NCBI GenBank assembly: GCA_028715785.1
Contig: JAQURC010000001.1
Coordinates: forward strand, 76,766-140,765
Source: Candidatus Omnitrophota bacterium
GTDB lineage: Bacteria > Omnitrophota > Gorgyraeia > Gygaellales > Profunditerraquicolaceae
Length of the DNA: 64,000 nt
Reading direction: 5' to 3'
In this document: positions 17,011 to 26,018 of the stretch, piece after piece
How positions within the stretch are numbered: the first letter of the stretch is position 1
Layout: each line of letters begins with the position of its first letter
The notes under the pieces: model-generated
Database searches by the model: none
Seen by the model: only the letters and a program-made list of their open reading frames with translations
Told to the model about the DNA's origin: nothing
Translations under genes and position numbers: made by a program

Positions 17011-18176
17011 AAAAAATATATTTAGATTACGCGGCAACTACGCCAACTGACCCGGAAGTTATGGCGGCGATGGAGCCGTATTATTTTGAGAGATTCGGCA
17101 ATGCCTCCAGCCTTCACGCCTACGGCCAGGAGGCCAAGAAGGCCCTTGAGGATAGCCGCCAGACGCTGGCGGATTTTATCGGGGCAAAACCCGAAGAGAT
17201 TGTTTTTACCTCAGGCGGCACGGAATCGGATAATTTCGCGCTTTTGGGCGCGGCGTACGCGCTGGAAAAAAAAGGCAATCACATCATTACTTCGGCAATT
17301 GAGCATCACGCGATTACCGAGCCGGCAAAATTCCTGGAGAAAAAAGGGTTTAAGGTTACTTATCTGGGCGTGGATAAAGACGGACTGGTTTCCGGCGATG
17401 ATTTAAAAAAGGCGATCACGGATAAAACTATTCTCATCAGCGTTATGCACGCCAATAACGAGATCGGCACGCTGCAGCCGATCGATCAATTGGGAAAAAT
17501 TGCCAAAGAGAAAGGGATTTATTTCCATACCGACGCGGTGCAGACGCTTGGGCATATCCCGATAAACGTGGACCAGCTCAATGTCGATCTTTTGTCGCTT
17601 TCTGCTCATAAGTTTTACGGCCCAAAAGGAGTAGGCGCTTTATATATCCGAAAAGGCACGCGTTTAGAAACATTCCTGCGCGGCGGAGACCAGGAAAGAG
17701 GCCGGCGCGCTTCCACGCATAATACCACCGGCATCGTCGGTTTAGCCAAGGCAATTGAGCTTTGCCAAAAAACAATGGAGAGTGAAATTAAATTTCAGAG
17801 CGCTTTGCGCGACCGGCTGATTAAAGAGATTCCCCTTAAGGTTCCCGAAGTCAGGCTTAACGGGCATCCGCAAAAGCGCCTGCCGAATAATGTGAATTTT
17901 TCGATTAAATACATCGAGGGTGAGTCAATGCTTTTGAGCTTGGATATGCTGGGGATTGCCTGCTCCACCGGCTCAGCCTGCACCTCCAGCTCTCTTGAGC
18001 CTTCGCATGTTTTATTGGCAATTGGTTTAGACCATGCGACTGCGCACGGCTCCCTAAGGATAACCCTCGGCCGTTTTACCCGCGAAAGCGATATCGATTA
18101 TTTTCTGGAGAAATTACCCCTGGTTGTGCAAAAGCTGCGCGCCATGTCCCCGCTTTATGAGAGAAAAAATCCTTGA
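17007..18176 (+). CDS. iscS: Cysteine desulfurase (NifS/IscS family)
   Basis: SAHKFYGPKG PLP-lysine motif and a C-terminal catalytic Cys loop GSACTS. Confidence 0.85.
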   Translation: MKKIYLDYAATTPTDPEVMAAMEPYYFERFGNASSLHAYGQEAKKALEDSRQTLADFIGAKPEEIVFTSGGTESDNFALLGAAYALEKKGNHIITSAIEHHAITEPAKFLEKKGFKVTYLGVDKDGLVSGDDLKKAITDKTILISVMHANNEIGTLQPIDQLGKIAKEKGIYFHTDAVQTLGHIPINVDQLNVDLLSLSAHKFYGPKGVGALYIRKGTRLETFLRGGDQERGRRASTHNTTGIVGLAKAIELCQKTMESEIKFQSALRDRLIKEIPLKVPEVRLNGHPQKRLPNNVNFSIKYIEGESMLLSLDMLGIACSTGSACTSSSLEPSHVLLAIGLDHATAHGSLRITLGRFTRESDIDYFLEKLPLVVQKLRAMSPLYERKNP

Positions 18177-19113
18177 TTACTTAAACAAAAAACACGATTA
18201 TCTCTCCGGCGATGAAATCAGCCGGAACCTGGGAATCAGCCGCCAGGGTTTATGGAAACATATCCAGGAATTAAAAGATTCCGGTTATGAAATAGTTGCT
18301 GTCCCGCATTTAGGGTACCGGCTTGAGTCCAGCCCTGACCGGCTTTTCCCTTTTGAAATTTCACGCAATCTGCATACGAAATTTATCGGTAAGAAAATCC
18401 ATTATTTTGATTATTTGGCTTCCACGATGAATCTGGCGATGCAGTTGGGTATGCAGGGGGCTGGCGATGGGGCGCTGGTATTGGCGGAGTCGCAGACCAA
18501 GGGTCGCGGCAGATTAGGTAGGAGCTGGTTTTCTCCAAAATACAAAGGGATTTACCTTTCTTTAATTTTAAGGCCAAAGCTTGCTCCGGCGGTTTCCCCG
18601 ATTTTAACGCTGCTGAGTGCGGTGAGCATCTGCGAGGCGGTAAAAAATGTTGCCGGCTTGGACGCGCAGATTAAATGGCCCAACGATGTATTCATCCATA
18701 ATAAAAAATTTGCCGGCATACTTACCGAGATGAATGCCGAGGTGGATAAAGTTAATTTTGTAGTCATCGGTATCGGTTTGAATGTCAATAATGATAAAAA
18801 ATCTTTAATTACTCAAGCGACTTCGTTAAAAGAGCAGCTTGGCCATCCGGTGAGCCGTCTTATGCTGTTGCAGGAGCTCTTGCGCCGGATAGAGAATAAT
18901 TATTTTCTCTTAGAGGATAAGGGGAGCAAGGTTATCATCGATAAGTGGCGTAATTTCAGCTCTACTTTAGGCAGGCACGTTAAGGTTTATTGCCAGGACA
19001 AGCATATCGAAGGATGCGCCGTGGATATCGACCATGATGGCGCCCTGCTTGTCCGCAAAGCCTCCGGGATCATCCAAAAGATCTCCAGCGGTGACGTCAT
19101 GCATTGCCGATAA
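18157..19113 (+). CDS. birA: Bifunctional biotin-protein ligase / bio operon repressor BirA (with N-terminal HTH)
   Basis: HTH (ISRNLGISRQGLWKHIQEL) plus the GRGRLGRSW biotin-binding motif. The track ORF from 18124 is over-extended; ATG 18157 fits. Confidence 0.85.
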   Translation: MREKILDYLNKKHDYLSGDEISRNLGISRQGLWKHIQELKDSGYEIVAVPHLGYRLESSPDRLFPFEISRNLHTKFIGKKIHYFDYLASTMNLAMQLGMQGAGDGALVLAESQTKGRGRLGRSWFSPKYKGIYLSLILRPKLAPAVSPILTLLSAVSICEAVKNVAGLDAQIKWPNDVFIHNKKFAGILTEMNAEVDKVNFVVIGIGLNVNNDKKSLITQATSLKEQLGHPVSRLMLLQELLRRIENNYFLLEDKGSKVIIDKWRNFSSTLGRHVKVYCQDKHIEGCAVDIDHDGALLVRKASGIIQKISSGDVMHCR

Positions 19114-19289
19114 TAAATTCAATGAATAATGGGACCGTTTCTATAGCATAGACAGTGTATGTAATCTCATTAATACCAGGAGATTACGAAACAAATATTT
19201 TAGATTCAAATAGTTTTCGTTAGATTTAGCCTTTTCTTGCGTCAATTGGGCTAGGAGAAGATTCTACTAACGCAAGAGGGGAGGAGCAT

Positions 19290-19526
19290 ATGGAAACAAA
19301 AATAGCGGTATTCAGAGGCAAAGAAGTACGCAAAACCATTCATAAGAATGAATGGTGGTTTGTGATCATTGATGTTGTCGCTGTTCTTACGGATTCAGTG
19401 CAGTCCGATGGGTATATAAAGGATATGCGCAGAAGAGACCCGGAATTATCGAAAGGGTGGGGGCAAATTGCCACCCCCCTTTTGATTAAGACGGCAGGAG
19501 AGTTTCAACACGTGAAAATTATTTAA
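19290..19526 (+). CDS. Bro-N/DinD (DNA-damage-inducible protein D)-like small protein, phage-associated family
   Basis: NEWWFVIIDVVAVL core and DPELSKGWGQ resemble Bro-N/DinD. GGGGAGGAG RBS. Confidence 0.45.
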   Translation: METKIAVFRGKEVRKTIHKNEWWFVIIDVVAVLTDSVQSDGYIKDMRRRDPELSKGWGQIATPLLIKTAGEFQHVKII

Positions 19527-19669
19527 AGGGGCCGCAAGATAAGAGGTTTTTAAAGTAGGTAAAAACTATGGGACGCTTCGGGTTTTTAAAAAAGATGAGT
19601 AGTGATAAATAGCCGTTTCTATTTTTTTCGGTAATTAAAATTCCAACAATTTAGAAGGAGGGTTTAAAA

Positions 19670-19930
19670 ATGCCTAGAAAACCGAAATTCAGGCCGGTAA
19701 TTACGCGGGTAAAACTTAATCCAGAGCAGGCGGTGTTGTCGTGTAATTGTTATTATCTCGGAAAACAAGATTCAATTTCATTGGCTTGGCGTACTGACAT
19801 AGTTCCGTTACAAACGGGGTGGTGCGTAGGCGGTTTTAAGTCGCTTGCTCCTTATGGGCGTTGTGATAGTCATACGAAGGGTCGGTATGCAGTAACTGGT
19901 GATTATGAAGTAGCCTCCGCAAATAGTTAA
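19670..19930 (+). CDS. Cys-rich 86-aa hypothetical protein (orphan)
   Basis: Strong AAGGAGGG RBS. SCNCYY...C...C pattern. No family recognised. Confidence 0.4.
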   Translation: MPRKPKFRPVITRVKLNPEQAVLSCNCYYLGKQDSISLAWRTDIVPLQTGWCVGGFKSLAPYGRCDSHTKGRYAVTGDYEVASANS

Positions 19931-20019
19931 ATTCTTTTGAGAATTCCGGGGACATAATATTTATTTCAAAAGATAAGCAGCTGAAACAAATAAATAGAAC
20001 TGTTTCCCTGATTTTGCTA

Positions 20020-20049
20020 TGTAAACCGTTAAATAAAATTAAGTTGACA
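20020..20049. promoter_or_regulatory. Candidate BirA operator (bioO) overlapping the bio promoter -35
   Basis: TGTAAACC-N15-GTTGACA imperfect inverted repeat, matching the TGTnAACC-N14-16-GGTTnACA type. TTGACA 20044-20049, then 17 nt, then TATACT 20067-20072. Confidence 0.5.
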
Positions 20050-20110
20050 ATATCTCAGCTCTTTTCTATACTGAAATCATATGAGCTGGGATTTTTTTAT
20101 AAAGGATACT

Positions 20111-21028
20111 ATGGAAAAGAAAGCTATCGCTAAACTTTTGGAATTGCCTTTGGCTGAGCTTATCGGTAGGGCCGATAAGGTAAGAAAGCAGTTTGCCGGC
20201 AACAGGGTGGAATTATGCAATATACTCAACGCCAAGTCGGGTTTATGCCCCGAGGATTGCAAATTTTGCGCCCAATCCGCCAGGCATAAGACCGGCAGCC
20301 AGGCCTATCCTCTTAAAAGCAAAGCAGAGATGCTGGAAGCCGCCCGGCGCGCCAAAGTAATCGGCGCGGAGAGATTCGATATTGTGACCAGCGGGGATAA
20401 ATTGTCTAAGGAAGATTTTGGCGTGATTGTCGATGCGATTAAGGAAATAACCAGGGAGGTTAAAATCAAGACCTGCGCTTCGCTGGGGAGCATGGGGGAT
20501 AAAGAGTTCTCTCTGCTTAAAGCAGCAGGGCTTTCCCGTTATCACCATAATATCGAAAGTTCTCCCCGGTTTTTTGCCAAGATAGTTTCCACGCATACCT
20601 TTGAAGATAGGTTAAAGACGATTAAGGCGGCAAAGCGCGCCGGTTTAGAGGTTTGTTCCGGAGGTATCATCGGCATGGGTGAAACAATGGAGGACAGGAT
20701 TGAAATGGCGCTGATATTAAAAGAGTTAGATGTTGACTCTGTCCCCCTGAATATTTTAGTTCCGATACCCGGAACCCCGTTGGGAAACAATACGGTTTTG
20801 TCTTGCCAGGAAGTAATCCGGACTATCGCGATCTTCAGGATTATCTTGAAAGATAAAATAATAAAAATTGCCGCCGGCCGGGAATCGCTATTCAAAGATT
20901 TTCAGGCTTTAGGGTTTATGGCCGGAGCAAACGGCATGCTGATCGGCGGGTATCTGACGATTAAAGGAAGATCCGTGGAAGAGGACCGCAACCTGGTTAG
21001 CCAGATTGAGAAATTATGGCAGGCATAG
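20111..21028 (+). CDS. bioB: Biotin synthase (radical SAM)
   Basis: CPEDCKFCAQS radical SAM motif. ATG 20111 is preferred (AAGGA RBS); the track start 20081 has no RBS. Confidence 0.9.
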   Translation: MEKKAIAKLLELPLAELIGRADKVRKQFAGNRVELCNILNAKSGLCPEDCKFCAQSARHKTGSQAYPLKSKAEMLEAARRAKVIGAERFDIVTSGDKLSKEDFGVIVDAIKEITREVKIKTCASLGSMGDKEFSLLKAAGLSRYHHNIESSPRFFAKIVSTHTFEDRLKTIKAAKRAGLEVCSGGIIGMGETMEDRIEMALILKELDVDSVPLNILVPIPGTPLGNNTVLSCQEVIRTIAIFRIILKDKIIKIAAGRESLFKDFQALGFMAGANGMLIGGYLTIKGRSVEEDRNLVSQIEKLWQA

Positions 21029-22167
21029 AAGAATTTTTAAAAGAACGGCAGGAGCAGGGATTGTTCAGGAGATTAAAACCCGCCTCTTTGCGTTTAGGCG
21101 GCAAAATTTATTTTGGAAATAAAGAATATGTCGATCTCTCCTCCAATGATTATCTGGGATTATCCGGCCATCCGGAACTTAAAAAAGCGGTAATCGAGGC
21201 AACAGGCAAATTTGGTTCAGCCAGTTGCGCTTCCCGATTATTAAGCGGTGATTCAGAATTATTCCATGAGTTAGAAGACGCGGTAGCCAAATTCAAGGGC
21301 AAAGAAGCGGGGCTGGTCTTTAATTCCGGTTATCAAGCAAATGTTGGTATCATTAGCTCTCTTTTTACAAGAGGGGATTGTATTTTCTCCGATCGTCTTA
21401 ATCACGCCAGCATTATTGATGGGATACTTTTATCGCAGGCAAAAATCTTTCGTTTTCAGCACAATGATCCCGGGCACCTGGAGGCGCTTTTAAAAAAAGA
21501 AAGAGCTAAATTCAAAAACGCCCTAATTATTACTGAATCAATTTTTAGCATGGATGGGGATCGGGCTGTGCTAAAAGAGCCGGTGGGATTAAAAGAAAAA
21601 TATAATTGCCGGATAATGGTTGATGAGGCACACGCAACCGGGATTTTTGGAGAGAACGGAAGCGGAGTAGTTGAAGAGGAGGGGTTAAGCGCCCAAGTAG
21701 ATTTGATTATGGGTACCTTTAGCAAGGCCTTAGCCGGTTTCGGCGCTTACCTGGCTACTTCCAAAAATATTGCCGATTATCTAGTCAATACCTGCAGGAG
21801 TTTTATCTATTCTACCGCCTTGCCTCCGGCGGTGATCGCCTCTAATTTAGCCAGCCTTAAATTGGTTAAGGATGAGCCGCATCGGCGCAAAACACTTTTG
21901 TCTTTGGCTAAAATGTTACGCGATAAATTGCAAGAAAAAGGTTTTTCCCCCAAAGGCGCCTCACAAATTATCCCGTTAATCCTGGGGGATAATTTAAGGG
22001 CGGTTGAATTTGCCAAAAAAGTCCAAGAGCGGGGTTATTGGGCCTTACCCGTAAGGCCTCCGACCGTGCCCGCCGGGCAGGCGCGCTTAAGGCTCTCTTT
22101 AAGTTATGATCATAACCAAGAAACCTTAAATAAACTAATCGATGTCATCTCTGCAATCAGAATTTGA
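21016..22167 (+). CDS. bioF: 8-amino-7-oxononanoate synthase
   Basis: Class-II aminotransferase-like AONS features (GTFSKALAGFG PLP lysine). Confidence 0.85.
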   Translation: MAGIEEFLKERQEQGLFRRLKPASLRLGGKIYFGNKEYVDLSSNDYLGLSGHPELKKAVIEATGKFGSASCASRLLSGDSELFHELEDAVAKFKGKEAGLVFNSGYQANVGIISSLFTRGDCIFSDRLNHASIIDGILLSQAKIFRFQHNDPGHLEALLKKERAKFKNALIITESIFSMDGDRAVLKEPVGLKEKYNCRIMVDEAHATGIFGENGSGVVEEEGLSAQVDLIMGTFSKALAGFGAYLATSKNIADYLVNTCRSFIYSTALPPAVIASNLASLKLVKDEPHRRKTLLSLAKMLRDKLQEKGFSPKGASQIIPLILGDNLRAVEFAKKVQERGYWALPVRPPTVPAGQARLRLSLSYDHNQETLNKLIDVISAIRI

Positions 22168-22843
22168 ATTCCGCGACCGGGGTTTTAAGGATACCCTGGT
22201 TCTTGTTCCCGGCTGGGCAACTGACTGGCGGATATTTGATGGATTGGAATTAGATTATAATTACCTTTTGCCGACCAAGCTGGATACCGTTGATTTTAAC
22301 CGGCAGCTTTTAAACCGGATGGAGCAACTTAAAATCAGCAAGGTGTCTGTCTTCGGTTTTTCCTTAGGCGGGTTTTTAGCAACCGAGTTTGCCCATGCCT
22401 ATCCTGAGAAAATTACCAAACTTATTCTTGCCGGCGTGCGCAAGCGTTATGATCCGCAATTATTGGAAAATATTAGAATCCAAATTCGCGCGGATCGGCG
22501 GCCATGGCTTTATAAATTCTATCTTAATTGTTTTTCCAGGGCGGATACGAGCGGCAGGGCGTGGTTTAGGAAGAATTTGTTAAAAAGTTATTTGGATAAG
22601 TTAAGCTCCGATGAGTTAATCCAAGGGTTGGATTATTTAGCCAGCCAGGTATTAAACCTTGAGCTTCTGAAAAGTATAAGAGATATCAGCGTATTCCATG
22701 GCCGTGATGACCTGATCGCGCCGGTTAAGGATGCTTTAGAGATCCAAGCGCATTTACCGCAGGCGAAATTTACGCTGCTTGCGGATAGAGGGCACCTGTT
22801 TTTCTTGGACGGGAATTTTAGGGAGAGATTCTACAATGGATAA
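22142..22843 (+). CDS. bioH: Pimeloyl-ACP methyl ester esterase (BioH-like alpha/beta hydrolase)
   Basis: LVLVPGWATDWRIFD and GFSLGG nucleophile; located between bioF and bioC. Confidence 0.7.
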   Translation: MSSLQSEFEFRDRGFKDTLVLVPGWATDWRIFDGLELDYNYLLPTKLDTVDFNRQLLNRMEQLKISKVSVFGFSLGGFLATEFAHAYPEKITKLILAGVRKRYDPQLLENIRIQIRADRRPWLYKFYLNCFSRADTSGRAWFRKNLLKSYLDKLSSDELIQGLDYLASQVLNLELLKSIRDISVFHGRDDLIAPVKDALEIQAHLPQAKFTLLADRGHLFFLDGNFRERFYNG

Positions 22844-23600
22844 ATCCAGCATTGCCGATAATTTTTCCCGTTACGCCCATCTTTACGATAGATATGCCGC
22901 TGTGCAGAACCAGGCCGCCTTTGAGCTGGCAAGCTCTTTAAAAAACAATAATTTTTCCAAGATCCTGGAGCTGGGATGCGGCACAGGTAATTATACGCTG
23001 ATACTGCGGCAGAAATTTAAAGACGCAAGGATCAGGGCGCTGGATATTTCAGAGGAGATGATTTCTGTCGCGCAAAACAAATTAAAGAATGAAGATATCG
23101 AATTTATGGTTGCCGACGCGGAAAGACCAATCCCGGATAAGGATTTTGACCTGATTACCTCCAACGCCTGTTTCCAGTGGTTGAATGATTTAGGCAAAGC
23201 CTTGCGGGGATACGCGAAATCGCTGCGCAGGGGAGGCTTAGCCTGTTTTTCAATATTCGGGCCGCGGACTTTTTGTGAATTGGATGCGGCCTTAAAAAGC
23301 GTCCTGCAAGAAAGCCGCCCGGATTCGGCTTATTTTTGTAACCGCGCCGGCCTCAAGGAAACGCTTAAAGATAATTTTAAATCCGTAAAGATAAATGAGG
23401 TTTGTTATAAAGAGAGTTTTGGCAGCCTTAAAGGGTTATTGGAGAAAATAAAATATTCGGGGATAAGGGGAAACGGTTTAAACAGGAAAGTTTATTTTAG
23501 CCGCGGGTTGTTAGCAAGATTAGAAAAGGCGTATTTGGATAAATTCCAGGGGATTGGCGCTACTTATCAGGTATTTTTTTGCCGGGGAGAAAAACGATGA
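22836..23600 (+). CDS. bioC: Malonyl-ACP O-methyltransferase
   Basis: FSRYAHLYDRYAAVQ and LELGCGTGNYT SAM-binding motif. Confidence 0.8.
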   Translation: MDKSSIADNFSRYAHLYDRYAAVQNQAAFELASSLKNNNFSKILELGCGTGNYTLILRQKFKDARIRALDISEEMISVAQNKLKNEDIEFMVADAERPIPDKDFDLITSNACFQWLNDLGKALRGYAKSLRRGGLACFSIFGPRTFCELDAALKSVLQESRPDSAYFCNRAGLKETLKDNFKSVKINEVCYKESFGSLKGLLEKIKYSGIRGNGLNRKVYFSRGLLARLEKAYLDKFQGIGATYQVFFCRGEKR

Positions 23601-24274
23601 AAGGTATATTTGTTACCGGCACGGATACCGGCGCAGGTAAATCCATAATCACCGGTCTTTTGGCGAAATATTTACGGGAAAAAGAGCGCAAGGTTATAAC
23701 CCAAAAATGGGTGCAGACCGGCAGCCGCTTTAGCGCGGATATTAATCTGCATCTTAAAATCATGGGCGTATCTAAAGGCGCAATCAAAGAGCATCTGGAT
23801 TGCGTTTGCCCTTACATATTTAAACTGCCTGCCTCCCCGCATTTAGCCGCCAAGGCCGAAAATAAAAAAATCAAGATCGCCAGGATCAAACAAAGCTTTA
23901 AATTGTTATCTTCAAAATTCGATTTTGTGGTTGTGGAAGGCACCGGCGGAGCGTTGGTCCCGGTTGACGAAAAACGTTTGGTAATTGATATTGCCAAAGA
24001 GCTTGGCCTGCCGGTATTGGTGGTAGCGCAAAATAAATTAGGGGCGATAAACCATATCCTGATGACTATTGAAGTTTTAAAACAGAGAAGGATGAAAATT
24101 TTAGGCATCGTATTCAATAATTGTCCAGGCCAGGATAAATTGATCCTTCGGGATAATCCGGAGATTGTAAGAAAAATTACCAAACAAAAGATACTTGGTG
24201 TTTTACCCTGGAATAAGAGGCTGGATTTATTATACAAAAAATTTTTACCGATATCCGCAAAAATAATTATATGA
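23597..24274 (+). CDS. bioD: Dethiobiotin synthetase
   Basis: MKGIFVTGTDTGAGKS P-loop typical of BioD. Confidence 0.85.
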   Translation: MKGIFVTGTDTGAGKSIITGLLAKYLREKERKVITQKWVQTGSRFSADINLHLKIMGVSKGAIKEHLDCVCPYIFKLPASPHLAAKAENKKIKIARIKQSFKLLSSKFDFVVVEGTGGALVPVDEKRLVIDIAKELGLPVLVVAQNKLGAINHILMTIEVLKQRRMKILGIVFNNCPGQDKLILRDNPEIVRKITKQKILGVLPWNKRLDLLYKKFLPISAKIII

Positions 24275-25611
24275 AAGATTGGCTGGGCACAGACTTAAAA
24301 CATATTTGGCATCCTTACACTCAGATGAAGGAGGCGTTGGCACTACCGCCGGTTTTAATTGAAAGAGCCAAAGGAATCAAGCTTTATGACGCAGAAAGCA
24401 ACTTTTATTATGATACTATCTCAAGCTGGTGGTGCAATGTCCACGGGCATAACCATCCGCGGATAAAAGCAGCGGTTAAAAAACAGCTTGATGTTTTGGG
24501 GCACGTGTTGTTTGCCGGTTTTACCCATAAACCGGCGATTGAACTTGCCAGTAAGCTCATCTCCCTTACGAAAAACAAATTTAACCGGGTATTTTTTTCG
24601 GATAACGGTTCAACCAGCGTTGAGGTAGCGTTAAAGATGTCATTTCAATATTGGCAGAATACCGGCCGGAAGAGAAAGGCCAAGTTTGTTTCCCTTGATC
24701 ACGGCTATCACGGAGACACAATTGGCACGATGAGCGTAAGCGGCCTGGATCTTTTTAACGCGGTATTTTCTCCTTTATTGTTTTTATCATATAAAGTACC
24801 GTCTCCTTATTGCTACCGTTGCCCGATGAAAAAAGAGAGGATTACTTGCGCGCTTGATTGCCTCAAACCGTTGGAGAAATTACTTAAGGAGAAACACGCA
24901 GAGATCTGCGCTTTGATCATTGAGCCTTTGGTAATGGGCGCGGCAGGAATGATTATTTATCCCAAAGAATATTTAGAAAAAGCCGCCGCTTTAGCCAAAA
25001 AATACAAAATTCATCTTATATTAGATGAGGTGGCTGTCGGTTTTGGCCGCACCGGCAAAATGTTTGCCTATGAGCATACACCCGGGATCAAGGTGGATTT
25101 CCTCTGTCTCTCTAAGGGCATAACTTCCGGATATCTCCCCTTGGCCGTAACTTTGACTACGGAAGAGGTATTCCGCCGGTTTTACGGGGATTATGAAAAA
25201 AGAAAGACATTTTTCCACGGCCACACTTATACCGCTAATCCGATTTCCTGCTCTGCCGGCTTGGCGAGCTTGAGTATTTTTAAAGAAGAAAAAACATTGG
25301 CAAAAGTAAGCAAGTTAATGCCTTTTTTTCATCGGGAGCTGGAAAAATTCCGGGACCTGGCTCTGGTCGGAGATGTGCGCTATATCGGATTTATCGGAGC
25401 AATAGAATTGGTTAAAAATAAAAAGACCAAACAGGGCTTTGGGCTTAAAAGAAGGCTGGGTTTGGAAGTTTATAAGCGCGGGCTCAAAGAGAATCTTGTG
25501 CTCAGGCCGTTAGGTGATATAATTTATTTGTTTTTGCCGCTTTGTACTTCTAAAGCGGAGATCGAGGATATTTTAAAAAGGACTTATACAATAATCGAAT
25601 CATTATCTTAA
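24271..25611 (+). CDS. bioA: Adenosylmethionine-8-amino-7-oxononanoate aminotransferase
   Basis: Class-III aminotransferase in the bio operon; WHPYTQM N-terminus typical of BioA. Confidence 0.85.
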   Translation: MKDWLGTDLKHIWHPYTQMKEALALPPVLIERAKGIKLYDAESNFYYDTISSWWCNVHGHNHPRIKAAVKKQLDVLGHVLFAGFTHKPAIELASKLISLTKNKFNRVFFSDNGSTSVEVALKMSFQYWQNTGRKRKAKFVSLDHGYHGDTIGTMSVSGLDLFNAVFSPLLFLSYKVPSPYCYRCPMKKERITCALDCLKPLEKLLKEKHAEICALIIEPLVMGAAGMIIYPKEYLEKAAALAKKYKIHLILDEVAVGFGRTGKMFAYEHTPGIKVDFLCLSKGITSGYLPLAVTLTTEEVFRRFYGDYEKRKTFFHGHTYTANPISCSAGLASLSIFKEEKTLAKVSKLMPFFHRELEKFRDLALVGDVRYIGFIGAIELVKNKKTKQGFGLKRRLGLEVYKRGLKENLVLRPLGDIIYLFLPLCTSKAEIEDILKRTYTIIESLS

Positions 25612-25627
25612 GAAAGGCGCAAGGGTT

Positions 25628-25918
25628 ATGTTTATTCACAGCGTATTATTTGAAATTGAACCTAAAGAAGTGGCCAAGTACCGTAAAGACAGCCTGATGT
25701 GGGCGCGTCAGGCTAAAAAATCCAATGGTTTCCTCTCCTATAACACGATGCAGCGCTACGGCTTTAAAAACCAGTATGCCTCGGTTTATCAATGGATAAA
25801 AAAAGCTGACCACGACCGTTTTATGCGTAAATACCATGATTGGCTGGTAAGCAAATCCAGCGCCAAAGTTAAAGTCCTGGGTTACTATAATCTTAAGGCA
25901 ATAGATAAATTGATATAG
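25628..25918 (+). CDS. ABM (antibiotic biosynthesis monooxygenase/Dabb)-like small protein
   Basis: 96 aa with a ferredoxin-like ABM pattern. Confidence 0.35.
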   Translation: MFIHSVLFEIEPKEVAKYRKDSLMWARQAKKSNGFLSYNTMQRYGFKNQYASVYQWIKKADHDRFMRKYHDWLVSKSSAKVKVLGYYNLKAIDKLI

Positions 25919-26018
25919 ATTTTCTTGCGCACTTCTGCCGAAAATCTTCTAATTGTACCTTCAGCTGTAATTCGCGAATGGAAAAAAGCTGCTTAATATC
26001 TTTTATTTGAGGAGAACA

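Noticed and set aside
17086-17406. 106-aa Arg-rich plus-strand ORF inside iscS
   Set aside because: Alternative frame of the cysteine desulfurase gene; Arg/Pro-rich low-complexity product typical of out-of-frame translation.
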